NCBI GenBank assembly: GCA_041752695.1
Contig: JBGSVZ010000070.1
Coordinates: 1-64,000 of the forward strand
Origin: Terrimicrobiaceae bacterium
Lineage (GTDB): Bacteria > Verrucomicrobiota > Verrucomicrobiia > Chthoniobacterales > Terrimicrobiaceae
Length of the DNA stretch: 64,000 nt
Reading direction: 5' to 3'
Of this stretch, positions 37,042 to 46,323 are shown in pieces. The notes under the pieces were generated by a model, which was given only the letters and a program-made list of their open reading frames with translations, did no database searches and was not told where the DNA came from. The position numbers and the translations under genes were made by a program. The number at the start of each line of letters is the position of its first letter. Position 1 is the stretch's first letter.

Positions 37042-38667
37042 GTGAGAATATCCCTAATCATCCTTACGTTTTGCGCATTGGCTCCCAGCGCGTTTGCAGA
37101 AGTCAGACCGAATGCACTCTTTTCGGACAACGCCGTTTTGCAGCAGGGCATGCCGGTACCTGTCTGGGGGACAGCCGGCCCGGGGGAGGTAATCATGGTT
37201 AGTTTCGCGGAGCAGACGAAAAGCGCGACGACCGACGTCACAGGAAAGTGGATGGTGAAACTCGATCCCTTACAGGCAACATCGACGCCCGCGTCGCTGC
37301 TTATATCTTCCCAGACGTCGGGGTCAAAAATTGAGGTCTTAAACGTTGTCGTCGGCGAGGTCTGGGTCTGTTCCGGCCAGTCCAATATGGCCTATGCTAT
37401 GAAAGGGGTCCCCAATCTGAAGACCGAAGCTTCCCAGGCGGATAAACTTAAGTTGCGGATGTTCAAGGTGCAGTCGATGAGAGCCCCGACGCCGCAAACC
37501 GATGTGATCGGCAAGTGGGTGGTGTGCTCCGCTGCGACCATTGAAGGGTTTTCCGCCGTTGGCTATTTTTTCGGACGCGACATCCACAAAACCACCAACG
37601 TTCCTGTTGGCATGATTCACAGTTCCGTGAGCGGCACAGCTGCAGAGCTCTGGACCAGCCTTTCCGGACTGGAGAAGGAACCTTCTTTGCAAGGCTACGT
37701 GCAACTCGCGAACGCGACTCTGAAAAATGATCAGGGCGGCGCTGAAAACTACCCAAAGGAAATCGAGGAATACCAAACCCGCCTGAAGAATTGGGAGGCG
37801 ACGGAAGGAAAGGCCTACGGCGAGGTGATGAAAGCGTGGAAAGCCGCGAACAAGGACAACCCAGCGGCGGGCAACCCCCCAGTTCCCGCCGTGCCGAAGC
37901 CGATTCCGCCGACGGATCCTATTGGGAAAAAGCCGACAGTTTTGTTCAACGGAAAGATCGCCCCCCTGATTCCCTACGCGATCAGAGGAGCCATTTGGTA
38001 TCAGGGGGAGTCAAATAGCCCAAAGCCCTTTGAGTATCGCACCCTTTTTCCCCGCCTGATTGCCGATTGGCGGGAGAAATGGGGGCAAGGTGACTTTCCT
38101 TTTCTTTTTGTGCAAATTGCCCCTTTCAAGGGAAATCCTCCCGAGTTGCGCGAGGCCCAGTTTCTGACTTGGAAAAAAACCCCGAACACCGCGATGGCGG
38201 TACTTACCGATACGCCCCCCAATCTTCACCCGTCGGACAAGGAACCTGCCGGGACTCGGCTCGCCCTGGCAGCACGCGCCATTGCTTACGGCGAAAACAT
38301 GGAATACTCTGGCCCGGAATATGATTCGATGAAGATTGAGGAGAATCGCGTTATTCTCAACTTCCATCACGTTGGCGGCGGACTGATCGCCAAAGACGGA
38401 CCGCTGAAAGGCTTCCTGATTGCCGGCGCGGACAAAAAACTCGTGGAGGCCACCGCCGAAATCCAGGGTGAAACGGTAGTGGTTTCGAGCGCCCAAGTGC
38501 CAGCACCCCTTGCCGTGCGTTACGGCTTTGTCGCCAACCCCGAGGTCAATCTCTGGAACAAGGATGGCCTGCCCGCTTCACCGTTCCGCACGGATCCGGA
38601 ATCCATGACCGAAGACGTTTCTCCGAACAAAAAGCCGCTAACCGAGACCATCTCACCAGAAACTTAA
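37042..38667 (+). CDS. Sialate O-acetylesterase-like (SASA/SGNH) carbohydrate esterase, exported
   Basis: LFSDNAVLQQG, GEVWVCSGQSNM, FSAVGYFFGR, GAIWYQGESN, NLHP, GLPASPFRTD. Confidence 0.93.
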   Translation: MRISLIILTFCALAPSAFAEVRPNALFSDNAVLQQGMPVPVWGTAGPGEVIMVSFAEQTKSATTDVTGKWMVKLDPLQATSTPASLLISSQTSGSKIEVLNVVVGEVWVCSGQSNMAYAMKGVPNLKTEASQADKLKLRMFKVQSMRAPTPQTDVIGKWVVCSAATIEGFSAVGYFFGRDIHKTTNVPVGMIHSSVSGTAAELWTSLSGLEKEPSLQGYVQLANATLKNDQGGAENYPKEIEEYQTRLKNWEATEGKAYGEVMKAWKAANKDNPAAGNPPVPAVPKPIPPTDPIGKKPTVLFNGKIAPLIPYAIRGAIWYQGESNSPKPFEYRTLFPRLIADWREKWGQGDFPFLFVQIAPFKGNPPELREAQFLTWKKTPNTAMAVLTDTPPNLHPSDKEPAGTRLALAARAIAYGENMEYSGPEYDSMKIEENRVILNFHHVGGGLIAKDGPLKGFLIAGADKKLVEATAEIQGETVVVSSAQVPAPLAVRYGFVANPEVNLWNKDGLPASPFRTDPESMTEDVSPNKKPLTETISPET

Positions 38668-38669
38668 AA

Positions 38670-40235
38670 ATGAGACTCCCTTCCCTGGCTCTCTTTCGAC
38701 CCCTGCTTCTCCTCGCTCTCGCCGGATCGGCCTCATCTTTGGTCAGTGCCTCCCCCGCCCAAAGCGAATGGGTCCATCTGAATCCCGACGGCAAACTCGT
38801 CTATAAAACCTTGCCGGGTGGTGACCGCATCATCGATTTTTCCCACGCCGGTTATGGTGGCGGTGGAGTCGCCTTGCCAGTTGCTCCTATTAAAAAAACG
38901 GTTTCGCCCTCCGGCGGAGAGGACTCGGAAGCGATCCAAAAGGCCGTGGATGAGGTCGCGGCCATGCCTCTGGCCAACGGAATGCGTGGGGCTGTCTTAC
39001 TGGCACCGGGAACATTTCGCTGCGAACAGCCCATTCGGATTTCTCAGGACGGCGTGGTCGTCAGGGGCTCGGGCTCGGGCGAAGGTGGTACGGTGATTGA
39101 GATGACGGGCGAGCCTCATACTTGTCTCGTCCTGGAGGGGGCCGCCTTGAAGTTCCCCAAAGAAAACGCCTCGGACATTTATCCCGTGACCGACTCCTAC
39201 ATTCCCTCAGGTGCCAACAGCCTGACAGTCAAGGATGCAACGGGACTCAAGGTCGGCGATACCGTGCTGGTGCGCTGGCTCCGCACGGCGAGTTGGATTC
39301 AATTCATGGGCATGGACAACCTTATCCGGGATGGAAAGTTGCAGAATTGGATTCAGCCGGACTCCCCCACCTCCTATCAACGGAAGATTCAGACATTGTC
39401 AGGAAATCGCCTCACTTTGGACGTGCCTCTGACCGACTCCATTGACTCGAAACATCTCTCCGCCGTCATCGTGAAAACGGCGTCGCCAAAACGCCTCACG
39501 CAGTGCGGCTTCGAATCATTGCGCATCAATTCGCCGCCGCCCACCGGAACGTTGAAGGCGAAGAACAATACCGCTATGACCGCCGACAACTGCGAAGACT
39601 GCTGGTTCCGGGATATTGTCACAAACGATACACTAAATATTGCCAAAATACTGGGCAACGCCCGCCGTATCACTTTGCTCAACATTCAGGCGTTCCATAC
39701 CGCAACCATTGCAAAGGGTGCCGGCTATCCTGCGGACTTTACGCTCCGGGGTTCTCAAGTGTTGATCGATCGCTGCACTTCCAAGGGAGATGGTGCCTTC
39801 TTCGTGGATGCGGCGCATTCGTCGGCTGTTCTTAACGCAGCCTTAAATTGCAACTTTGAAGGGAAGGGAGCCATTCAACCGCATCAACGGTGGTCCACTG
39901 GTCTATTAGTTGATTCGTGCAAAGTGCCTGACGGAAAAATCGAATTTATCAATCGTAATACCGCGGGATCCGGTCATGGCTGGACGATGGGATGGGCGGT
40001 CGCCTGGAACTCGATGGCCAAGTCTTTCAACATCCAACAGCCCCCCGGAAGCATCAATTGGTGTATAGGATGCACCGGAGAATTAGATTGGGGCAAATTG
40101 CCCAAGGGCGAAAATCCACCGCCACCCGGCCCATGGCTTTCCTCCCACGGGACGCCCGTTGAACCCGCCAGCCTTTACCTCGCGCAACTGCGAGAACGTC
40201 TGGGCAAGCAGGCCGTGACAAACATTGGATATTAG
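38670..40235 (+). CDS. Exported right-handed beta-helix (pectate lyase-like fold) protein
   Basis: Signal peptide; IIDFSHAGYGGG, DSEAIQKAVD, GAVLLAPGTF, VVVRGSG, IQPHQRWSTGLL, NRNTAGSGHGW, SLYLAQLRERL. Confidence 0.75.
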   Translation: MRLPSLALFRPLLLLALAGSASSLVSASPAQSEWVHLNPDGKLVYKTLPGGDRIIDFSHAGYGGGGVALPVAPIKKTVSPSGGEDSEAIQKAVDEVAAMPLANGMRGAVLLAPGTFRCEQPIRISQDGVVVRGSGSGEGGTVIEMTGEPHTCLVLEGAALKFPKENASDIYPVTDSYIPSGANSLTVKDATGLKVGDTVLVRWLRTASWIQFMGMDNLIRDGKLQNWIQPDSPTSYQRKIQTLSGNRLTLDVPLTDSIDSKHLSAVIVKTASPKRLTQCGFESLRINSPPPTGTLKAKNNTAMTADNCEDCWFRDIVTNDTLNIAKILGNARRITLLNIQAFHTATIAKGAGYPADFTLRGSQVLIDRCTSKGDGAFFVDAAHSSAVLNAALNCNFEGKGAIQPHQRWSTGLLVDSCKVPDGKIEFINRNTAGSGHGWTMGWAVAWNSMAKSFNIQQPPGSINWCIGCTGELDWGKLPKGENPPPPGPWLSSHGTPVEPASLYLAQLRERLGKQAVTNIGY

Positions 40236-40286
40236 CGCGACGTGGCATGATCACAAAACAGAAATCCCTCTCCCCTCACCTCTTCT

Positions 40287-42926
40287 ATGAAACTTAACCT
40301 TCCTTCGCTCTTTCTCAGCCTCTTTATGCTTGGCCTGAAAGGCTTGGCCGCCGCAACCGGATCGACCGTTTCTCTGACTGATCTCCCCTGGAAAGTCGCA
40401 CCGGAAATCGAAGTTTCGACCACCGGCGAGCAACTCTCCCTTCCCGGCTTTCCCGACACCCACTGGATGGCGGCCCGCGTGCCGGGCACGGCCTTTGTAG
40501 ATTACGTCAATGCCGGACAGGTCCAGGATCCCAATTTTGGAGAAAACGTCTGGAAGGTGGACAAAAAGACCTATGACCAAAACTACTGGTACCGCCGCGA
40601 TTTCAGCGTCCCTCCCGAGTTCCTCCAAGGCGGTCGAATATGGCTCAACCTCGATAGCGTGCATCGTGACGGCGACGTTTATGTCAATGGAAGCAAGGTC
40701 GGCACCATGATGGGGTTCTTTCAGCGAGGACGTTTCGACATCACGCATTTGGTAAAGAAGGACGGACCGAATGCCTTGGCGGTCCTTGCCCATATCATGG
40801 AAGTGCCCAAGGAGAAAAACGCGGATGGAAAATGGGATTTTAATGTTTCCTCCCCCTCGCTTCTTTGCAGTCGTGGATGGGACTGGATGCCGCGGGTACC
40901 TGGACTCAATACCGGCATCCTCCGGGATGTCTATTTGACCCACACCGGTGATGTCTCGCTCCTTGATCCATGGATCCGCACCGACCTGCCGCAACCGACA
41001 GAAGCCACCCTCTCTGTCCAGGTGGAAGTCTCCAACTCGTCAAAGGCCGAAGTCACCGGAGAGCTGCAGGGCGAGATCAACCCAGGCAAAGTCACCTTCA
41101 CGAAAAGTGTCACCCTCAAGCCCGGCGAGACGCAAACTGTCAGCCTTTCCGCCGCCGACACCCCGGCTCTGCGGATCAAGAATCCCCTGCTCTGGTGGCC
41201 CAATGGCTACGGGGATCCCAACCTCTACACCTGCCAGCTCGCTTTTCGCGTGGCGGACAAACTTTCCGATCAAAGAACCGTCACCTTTGGCATCAAGAAA
41301 TACACCTACGAGGTCGTGAACGAGATTCTGTACTTTTATATCAATGGGAAGCGCCTCTTCCTTAAAGGGGGCAACTGGGGCCTTCCCGAGTACCTCATGC
41401 GCAACCGCACCGCCGCCGATTACGACACCCGGGTCCTCCTCCAGAAAGAGCAAAACTTCAACATCATTCGAAACTGGATGGGATCTGTGCCAGACGCGGC
41501 CTTCTATGAAGCCTGCGACAAGTATGGCATTATGGTTTGGGATGAGTTTTGGCTGAACCGTCCCGACGGAAATCCCGGAGACATCGGAGTTTACCATGCC
41601 AACGCGAAGGAAAAGGTGAAGCAGTTCCGAAATCACCCAAGCATTGCTTTTTGGTGCGCGATGAACGAAGGCACTCCCCCGCCGGAGGTGACCGATCCAT
41701 TGCGAGAAATCATCAAGACGTATGATGGCGGAGACCGCCGTTTCCAGCCGTGCTCGAACAGTGACAATTTGAGTGGCAGCGGGCCGTGGACGAATTTCGA
41801 TCCGCCCGTCTATTTTCGAGGCACGTTCAGTTTCACGGGCGCAGAGAAAAAACCCCTTAAAGAGCCCTACGGTCTGCGCAGCGAATTGGGGACCGCCGCG
41901 TTCACCAGTTTCGACAGCTTCAAAAAATTCATGCCGGAGCCGAACTGGTGGCCGGCCGACGAAATTTGGAACCGCCATTTCTTTGGACCGAGAGCGCGGA
42001 ATGCCTTTCCAGATAACTACCTCTACAAATTGGGTTTGCATTATGGGGAGCCGGCTGGTGTCCAGGATCTTTGTCTCAAAGCCCAGCTCTTTAATCTCGA
42101 AACGATGAAAGCGATGTTTGAAGGGTGGCTGGACCGCAGTAACACCACCGCTTCGGGGCTGATCATCTGGATGAGTCATCCAGCCTACCCATGTTTTGTC
42201 TGGCAAACCTACGACTATTATTACGACACCACGGGCGCCTTTTGGGGGGCCAAAACGGCGTGCCAGCCCGTCCACATTTTCTGGAATAGCGAAACGGATC
42301 AGATCCGCGTATCCAACACGTCCGGGAAAGTCGCCGCCAATCTCAGAGCTGACCTCTGGACGTACGACATGGATGGCACGGAGAAGGGCCACCAGGAAGC
42401 CATGGTCACTTCGAACCCCAACGAGGTTGTCGATTGTTTTAACCTTCCCGTGGCCAACGGACTTTCTTCGACCCACTTCCTCAGACTTCGGCTTACCGAT
42501 CCTGCCGGCGCCATCGTTTCGGAGAACTTTTATTGGAGGGGAACGACCCCCCTGAATTATTTCGGTCTGAGTGAGATGAAGCCGGTGGAACTTACCCTCA
42601 GCCCACCCAGTTCGCAAACGCTGCCAGATGGTATGACACGTCTGACCACCGACATCACGAACCCGGCGGGTTCGGGCACCGTAGCGTTTGCCATCCGCCC
42701 CAAGCTCGTCAAATCCGCCAACGGCGAACAGGTTTTGCCCGTCCATATGAATGATAGCTACTTCTCCCTCCTGCCGGGCGAAACGAAGCGCCTTACCGTG
42801 GATTATTCGTCTACCCGGGCAGGTACCGACACGCCAAAAGTGGAGTTGGAGTGCTGGAACAATATTCCGCACCCCACCCCAAAGGAGCCGCCCCTCCCGC
42901 CGGTGAAAGAGAAGCCCGCCTCCTGA
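40287..42926 (+). CDS. Exported GH2 (beta-mannosidase-like)
   Basis: ARVPGT, GWDWMPRVPGLNTGI, LWWPNGYGDPNLY, FYEACDKYGIMVWDEFW, MNEG, RSELG. Confidence 0.93.
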   Translation: MKLNLPSLFLSLFMLGLKGLAAATGSTVSLTDLPWKVAPEIEVSTTGEQLSLPGFPDTHWMAARVPGTAFVDYVNAGQVQDPNFGENVWKVDKKTYDQNYWYRRDFSVPPEFLQGGRIWLNLDSVHRDGDVYVNGSKVGTMMGFFQRGRFDITHLVKKDGPNALAVLAHIMEVPKEKNADGKWDFNVSSPSLLCSRGWDWMPRVPGLNTGILRDVYLTHTGDVSLLDPWIRTDLPQPTEATLSVQVEVSNSSKAEVTGELQGEINPGKVTFTKSVTLKPGETQTVSLSAADTPALRIKNPLLWWPNGYGDPNLYTCQLAFRVADKLSDQRTVTFGIKKYTYEVVNEILYFYINGKRLFLKGGNWGLPEYLMRNRTAADYDTRVLLQKEQNFNIIRNWMGSVPDAAFYEACDKYGIMVWDEFWLNRPDGNPGDIGVYHANAKEKVKQFRNHPSIAFWCAMNEGTPPPEVTDPLREIIKTYDGGDRRFQPCSNSDNLSGSGPWTNFDPPVYFRGTFSFTGAEKKPLKEPYGLRSELGTAAFTSFDSFKKFMPEPNWWPADEIWNRHFFGPRARNAFPDNYLYKLGLHYGEPAGVQDLCLKAQLFNLETMKAMFEGWLDRSNTTASGLIIWMSHPAYPCFVWQTYDYYYDTTGAFWGAKTACQPVHIFWNSETDQIRVSNTSGKVAANLRADLWTYDMDGTEKGHQEAMVTSNPNEVVDCFNLPVANGLSSTHFLRLRLTDPAGAIVSENFYWRGTTPLNYFGLSEMKPVELTLSPPSSQTLPDGMTRLTTDITNPAGSGTVAFAIRPKLVKSANGEQVLPVHMNDSYFSLLPGETKRLTVDYSSTRAGTDTPKVELECWNNIPHPTPKEPPLPPVKEKPAS

Positions 42927-42948
42927 CCAATTCCTCTGCCTGACATTT

Positions 42949-45900
42949 ATGAACAGAAAACTGTTTGCTCTCATTCTTTCGTTTATTCCGTTCTGCTCGT
43001 ATGCTGCGACGGTCTTCGGACCCTTCAACGGCCTCGCCAGCGGCGCGGGACCCGGCCACGTCGAATGGTTCGACGGACCACCCCCCACGGAGGCCGCCGC
43101 AAACTGGACGATCTCCGCCTGGGTCAAACCCGAAGGTCCCATCACCGCTCCCACGCTGGTGGCCGGTTTTGGCGACGGAGTGGATCACACCGGCTCACAG
43201 CGTTTCCTTAGTGCTGACGCCAAGGGGTGGTTCTTTTGGTATGGCGGATTCTCGATCAAAGACAAACAGCCCTTCACCGAAACCGATCGTTTGGCGAGCC
43301 CGGTGACGGCCGAAGCCGGGAAGTGGCAACATGTCGCGGCAACTTATGACGGCACCATTCTTCGCCTCTACGTTCAAGGCCAGGAGGTCGGACAGGTCAA
43401 GGTCACGCTGACCCGTGCGGCGATGCAGCCCAGGATCGCCCCGCCTTCCGCTTGGAAGGACGGCGCGGCTTTTCAAGGAAAGGTCGCGGACTTCACGATC
43501 GCGGACAACGTGCTGTCATCCGGCGAGGTCGAAAAACTGGCTGCAGCCGGAAAGGACCTGGATGCGGTCAGTTTCCTTGCCGCCCCGGCCGGTCCCACCC
43601 CCGTCAATCGGACCGACGTGGTGGAGTTTTCCTGGGGTGGACGCAACCCGCGTCCCCAGCCCGTGGAGATGTTTCCCGGTCCCGTGCCTGCGGTAGACGT
43701 AAAGCGCACGCCGAAACTCACCGAGCGTCCGGTCCCCAAGCTCAAGGCCGATGGCTCGCTTCTGCTGAATCAAGGCTGGGAAATGGCTGAGGCCACCACG
43801 GTCTTGGCGAAGCCGGAGCTCATCTCATCACCCGGCTTCGACACCAAAGCCTGGTATGACGCCACCGTGCCCGGAACGGCGCTCACCACCCTGGTGCAGC
43901 AGGGTGTTTATCCCGAGCCGACCCACGGACTGAATAACGCGCTCATCCCTGACATGGCGACGAAATCCTGGTGGTATCGTGTGGAGTTTCCCACGAGCGA
44001 AAGCTGGAAAAGCCGCAACATCGAGATCCTGTTCAAGGGCATCAACTTCCACGCAGAAGTCTGGTTGAACGGCCGGTCCCTGGGCGACATGACCGGGGCT
44101 TTCATCCGGGGACGCTTTGACATCACGTCCCAGCTGGTACCCAAGGGCGACAACGTCCTCGCCGTGCGCGTCTGGCCGCAGCCACACTACTCCCAAGGCA
44201 CTGGCGAATCCTCGGTCAAGCTCGGACCCGGCACTAATGGTGCCGATGCCCTGCTCGATGGACCCACGTTTTTCTCCACCGAAGGTTGGGATTGGAATCC
44301 CACGGCCCGCGATCGCTGCACGGGGATCTGGCAGGATGTCCTGATCATTCCGTCCGGTCCGGTCATCGTGGCCGATCCGCAGGTCATCACCAAGCTCCCC
44401 AAAATCCCCGACCTTTCCGTGGCCGAGGTGACTTTGAAGGCGGATGTGCGCAATGGCACGGCCCAGCCGCAGGCCGTCACTCTGGAGGCCGAGTTACTGG
44501 GCGCTCGCGTCGTCCAAAAGGTTTCCCTCGCACCAAACGAAACCCGCACGGTCCAGTTCTCCCCGACGGAGTTTCCTCAACTTGCTTTCCAGAATCCCAA
44601 ACTCTGGTGGCCGAACGGAAGTGGCGAACCAGACCTCCACGATCTCACTTTTCGAGTTCTCGATTCCTCCGGTGCGGAATCCAGCCGCCTGGCCATGCGC
44701 GCCGGACTGCGACAAATCGACTACGACTATCTGCCGAAAAAGGACAAACCCGAGATTCATGACGGTCCCTTCTTTCTCAAAGTTAATGGCCGCCCCGTTT
44801 TTGTGCGCGGCGGCAATTGGGGACTGGACGAGGCATTGAAGCGTTCCTCCACCGAACGGATCGAACCCGCCTTCCGGCTCCACCGCGAGGCCGGACTGAA
44901 CATGATCCGCAACTGGTGCGGCCAGAACACCCAGGAAAACTTTTTTGAGCTCGCCGACAAATACGGCCTTCTTGTTTGGAGTGATTTCTGGCTCTCCACC
45001 TACCGGGCCAATCTTCCTCCCGTCGATGCCGAACTTTTCATGGCCAACGCGGAAGACACCATCAAACGATTCCGCCGACACCCGTCCCTGGTCGTCTGGT
45101 GTGGACGCAATGAAGGCATCCCTCCCGTCTGGCTGAATGAGCCTCTCGCGGCGAGCCTCCAAGAGCTCGACAGCTCCCGCATCTACATTCCGCAGTCACG
45201 CTATGAAAAACTGATGGGCAGCGGCCCGTGGACGTATAAAGACCCCAAGTGGTATTACGAAACCCACTCGAAAGGGTTCTGCACGGAGTTGGGCATCAAC
45301 TCGATTCCGACCGTGGATGCCTTGAAAGCCATGCTGGATCCGAACCAATACTGGCCGTGGGAAAACAACGACGCCTGGGCCTATCACGACTTCCCCTCCA
45401 AGCGGCATGGCGACAGCGTCCCCTTCCGCGAAGCGGCCGAAAAGCGCTACGGCGTCGGCTCGGATCTGGAGGGGTTCATCCGTCGGATGCAAATGCAGAA
45501 TTATACCCACCACCGCCTCTTCTATGAGTCTTTTAACTCGAAGATGTGGAAGCCCGCCACCGGCCTGCTTCTTTGGATGAGCCATCCCGCCTGGCCGAGC
45601 ATGGTCTGGCAGCTTTACAGCTCCGACTTCGACACCCATGCCTCCTTCTTTGCAGCTAAGAAGGCCTGTGAACCCGTCCATGTGCAGTGGGATCTGATTG
45701 ACGACGCCGTGTCCGTTGTCAACACGACCGACGAGACGATTCCTCAGGCCACCGTGAAAGTCAGCATTCATGCCCTGGATGGTACCAAGCTCAAGACAAC
45801 CGAGACAAAACTTGACGTCTCCCCGTTCACCGCGGTCAAACACGCCAAAGTCGAATGGGCCGACTTCGCAACGCAGCCGGTGCAATTCGTGAAACTCGAA

Positions 45901-46293
45901 CTTCGCGACAAATCAGACAAACTTCTCTCCGAGAATTTCTACTGGCATTCCGACGATGAAAAGCCGGAGCAACTGCGTGCCTTGGAAACTCTGCCCAAGG
46001 TCAACCTTGAGGGCAAAGTCCGCACCGCCCTGGATCGCGACGAAACCGTCACCACCGTCGAGTTGGCCAACACCTCCAAGGCTCCGGCATTGATGACCCA
46101 TCTTGTTCTCCGTAACGCTGCCGACGGCTCCCGCATTCTGCCGGCCTATGCCAGCGACAACTATGTGAGCTTCCTCCCTGGCGAAAAGAAAACCATCGCC
46201 ATCCGCACCGCAACCAAGGACACCCCCAAAGCCCTGAGCGTCACGCTCGACGGATGGAATATTGCCCCGGCCTCCCTCGCGGTAGCGAAATAG
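42949..46293 (+). CDS. Exported LamG-domain + GH2, close paralogue of 33475..36828
   Basis: Same architecture and long identical peptides (WYDATVPGTALTTLVQQGVYP, WCGRNEG, GFCTELG, RILPAYASDNYVS). Confidence 0.93.
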   Translation: MNRKLFALILSFIPFCSYAATVFGPFNGLASGAGPGHVEWFDGPPPTEAAANWTISAWVKPEGPITAPTLVAGFGDGVDHTGSQRFLSADAKGWFFWYGGFSIKDKQPFTETDRLASPVTAEAGKWQHVAATYDGTILRLYVQGQEVGQVKVTLTRAAMQPRIAPPSAWKDGAAFQGKVADFTIADNVLSSGEVEKLAAAGKDLDAVSFLAAPAGPTPVNRTDVVEFSWGGRNPRPQPVEMFPGPVPAVDVKRTPKLTERPVPKLKADGSLLLNQGWEMAEATTVLAKPELISSPGFDTKAWYDATVPGTALTTLVQQGVYPEPTHGLNNALIPDMATKSWWYRVEFPTSESWKSRNIEILFKGINFHAEVWLNGRSLGDMTGAFIRGRFDITSQLVPKGDNVLAVRVWPQPHYSQGTGESSVKLGPGTNGADALLDGPTFFSTEGWDWNPTARDRCTGIWQDVLIIPSGPVIVADPQVITKLPKIPDLSVAEVTLKADVRNGTAQPQAVTLEAELLGARVVQKVSLAPNETRTVQFSPTEFPQLAFQNPKLWWPNGSGEPDLHDLTFRVLDSSGAESSRLAMRAGLRQIDYDYLPKKDKPEIHDGPFFLKVNGRPVFVRGGNWGLDEALKRSSTERIEPAFRLHREAGLNMIRNWCGQNTQENFFELADKYGLLVWSDFWLSTYRANLPPVDAELFMANAEDTIKRFRRHPSLVVWCGRNEGIPPVWLNEPLAASLQELDSSRIYIPQSRYEKLMGSGPWTYKDPKWYYETHSKGFCTELGINSIPTVDALKAMLDPNQYWPWENNDAWAYHDFPSKRHGDSVPFREAAEKRYGVGSDLEGFIRRMQMQNYTHHRLFYESFNSKMWKPATGLLLWMSHPAWPSMVWQLYSSDFDTHASFFAAKKACEPVHVQWDLIDDAVSVVNTTDETIPQATVKVSIHALDGTKLKTTETKLDVSPFTAVKHAKVEWADFATQPVQFVKLELRDKSDKLLSENFYWHSDDEKPEQLRALETLPKVNLEGKVRTALDRDETVTTVELANTSKAPALMTHLVLRNAADGSRILPAYASDNYVSFLPGEKKTIAIRTATKDTPKALSVTLDGWNIAPASLAVAK

Positions 46294-46323
46294 TTAACCA
46301 TCCCCCCAAAAGCCTCTCCATTT

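Noticed and set aside
41040..43154. 704-aa antisense ORF (similarly 6510..8510, 46354..47790, 34912..36228, 56654..58045, 50873..52351)
   Set aside because: Each lies opposite a well-supported gene and has no recognisable motifs. Long shadow ORFs are expected in GC-rich coding DNA.
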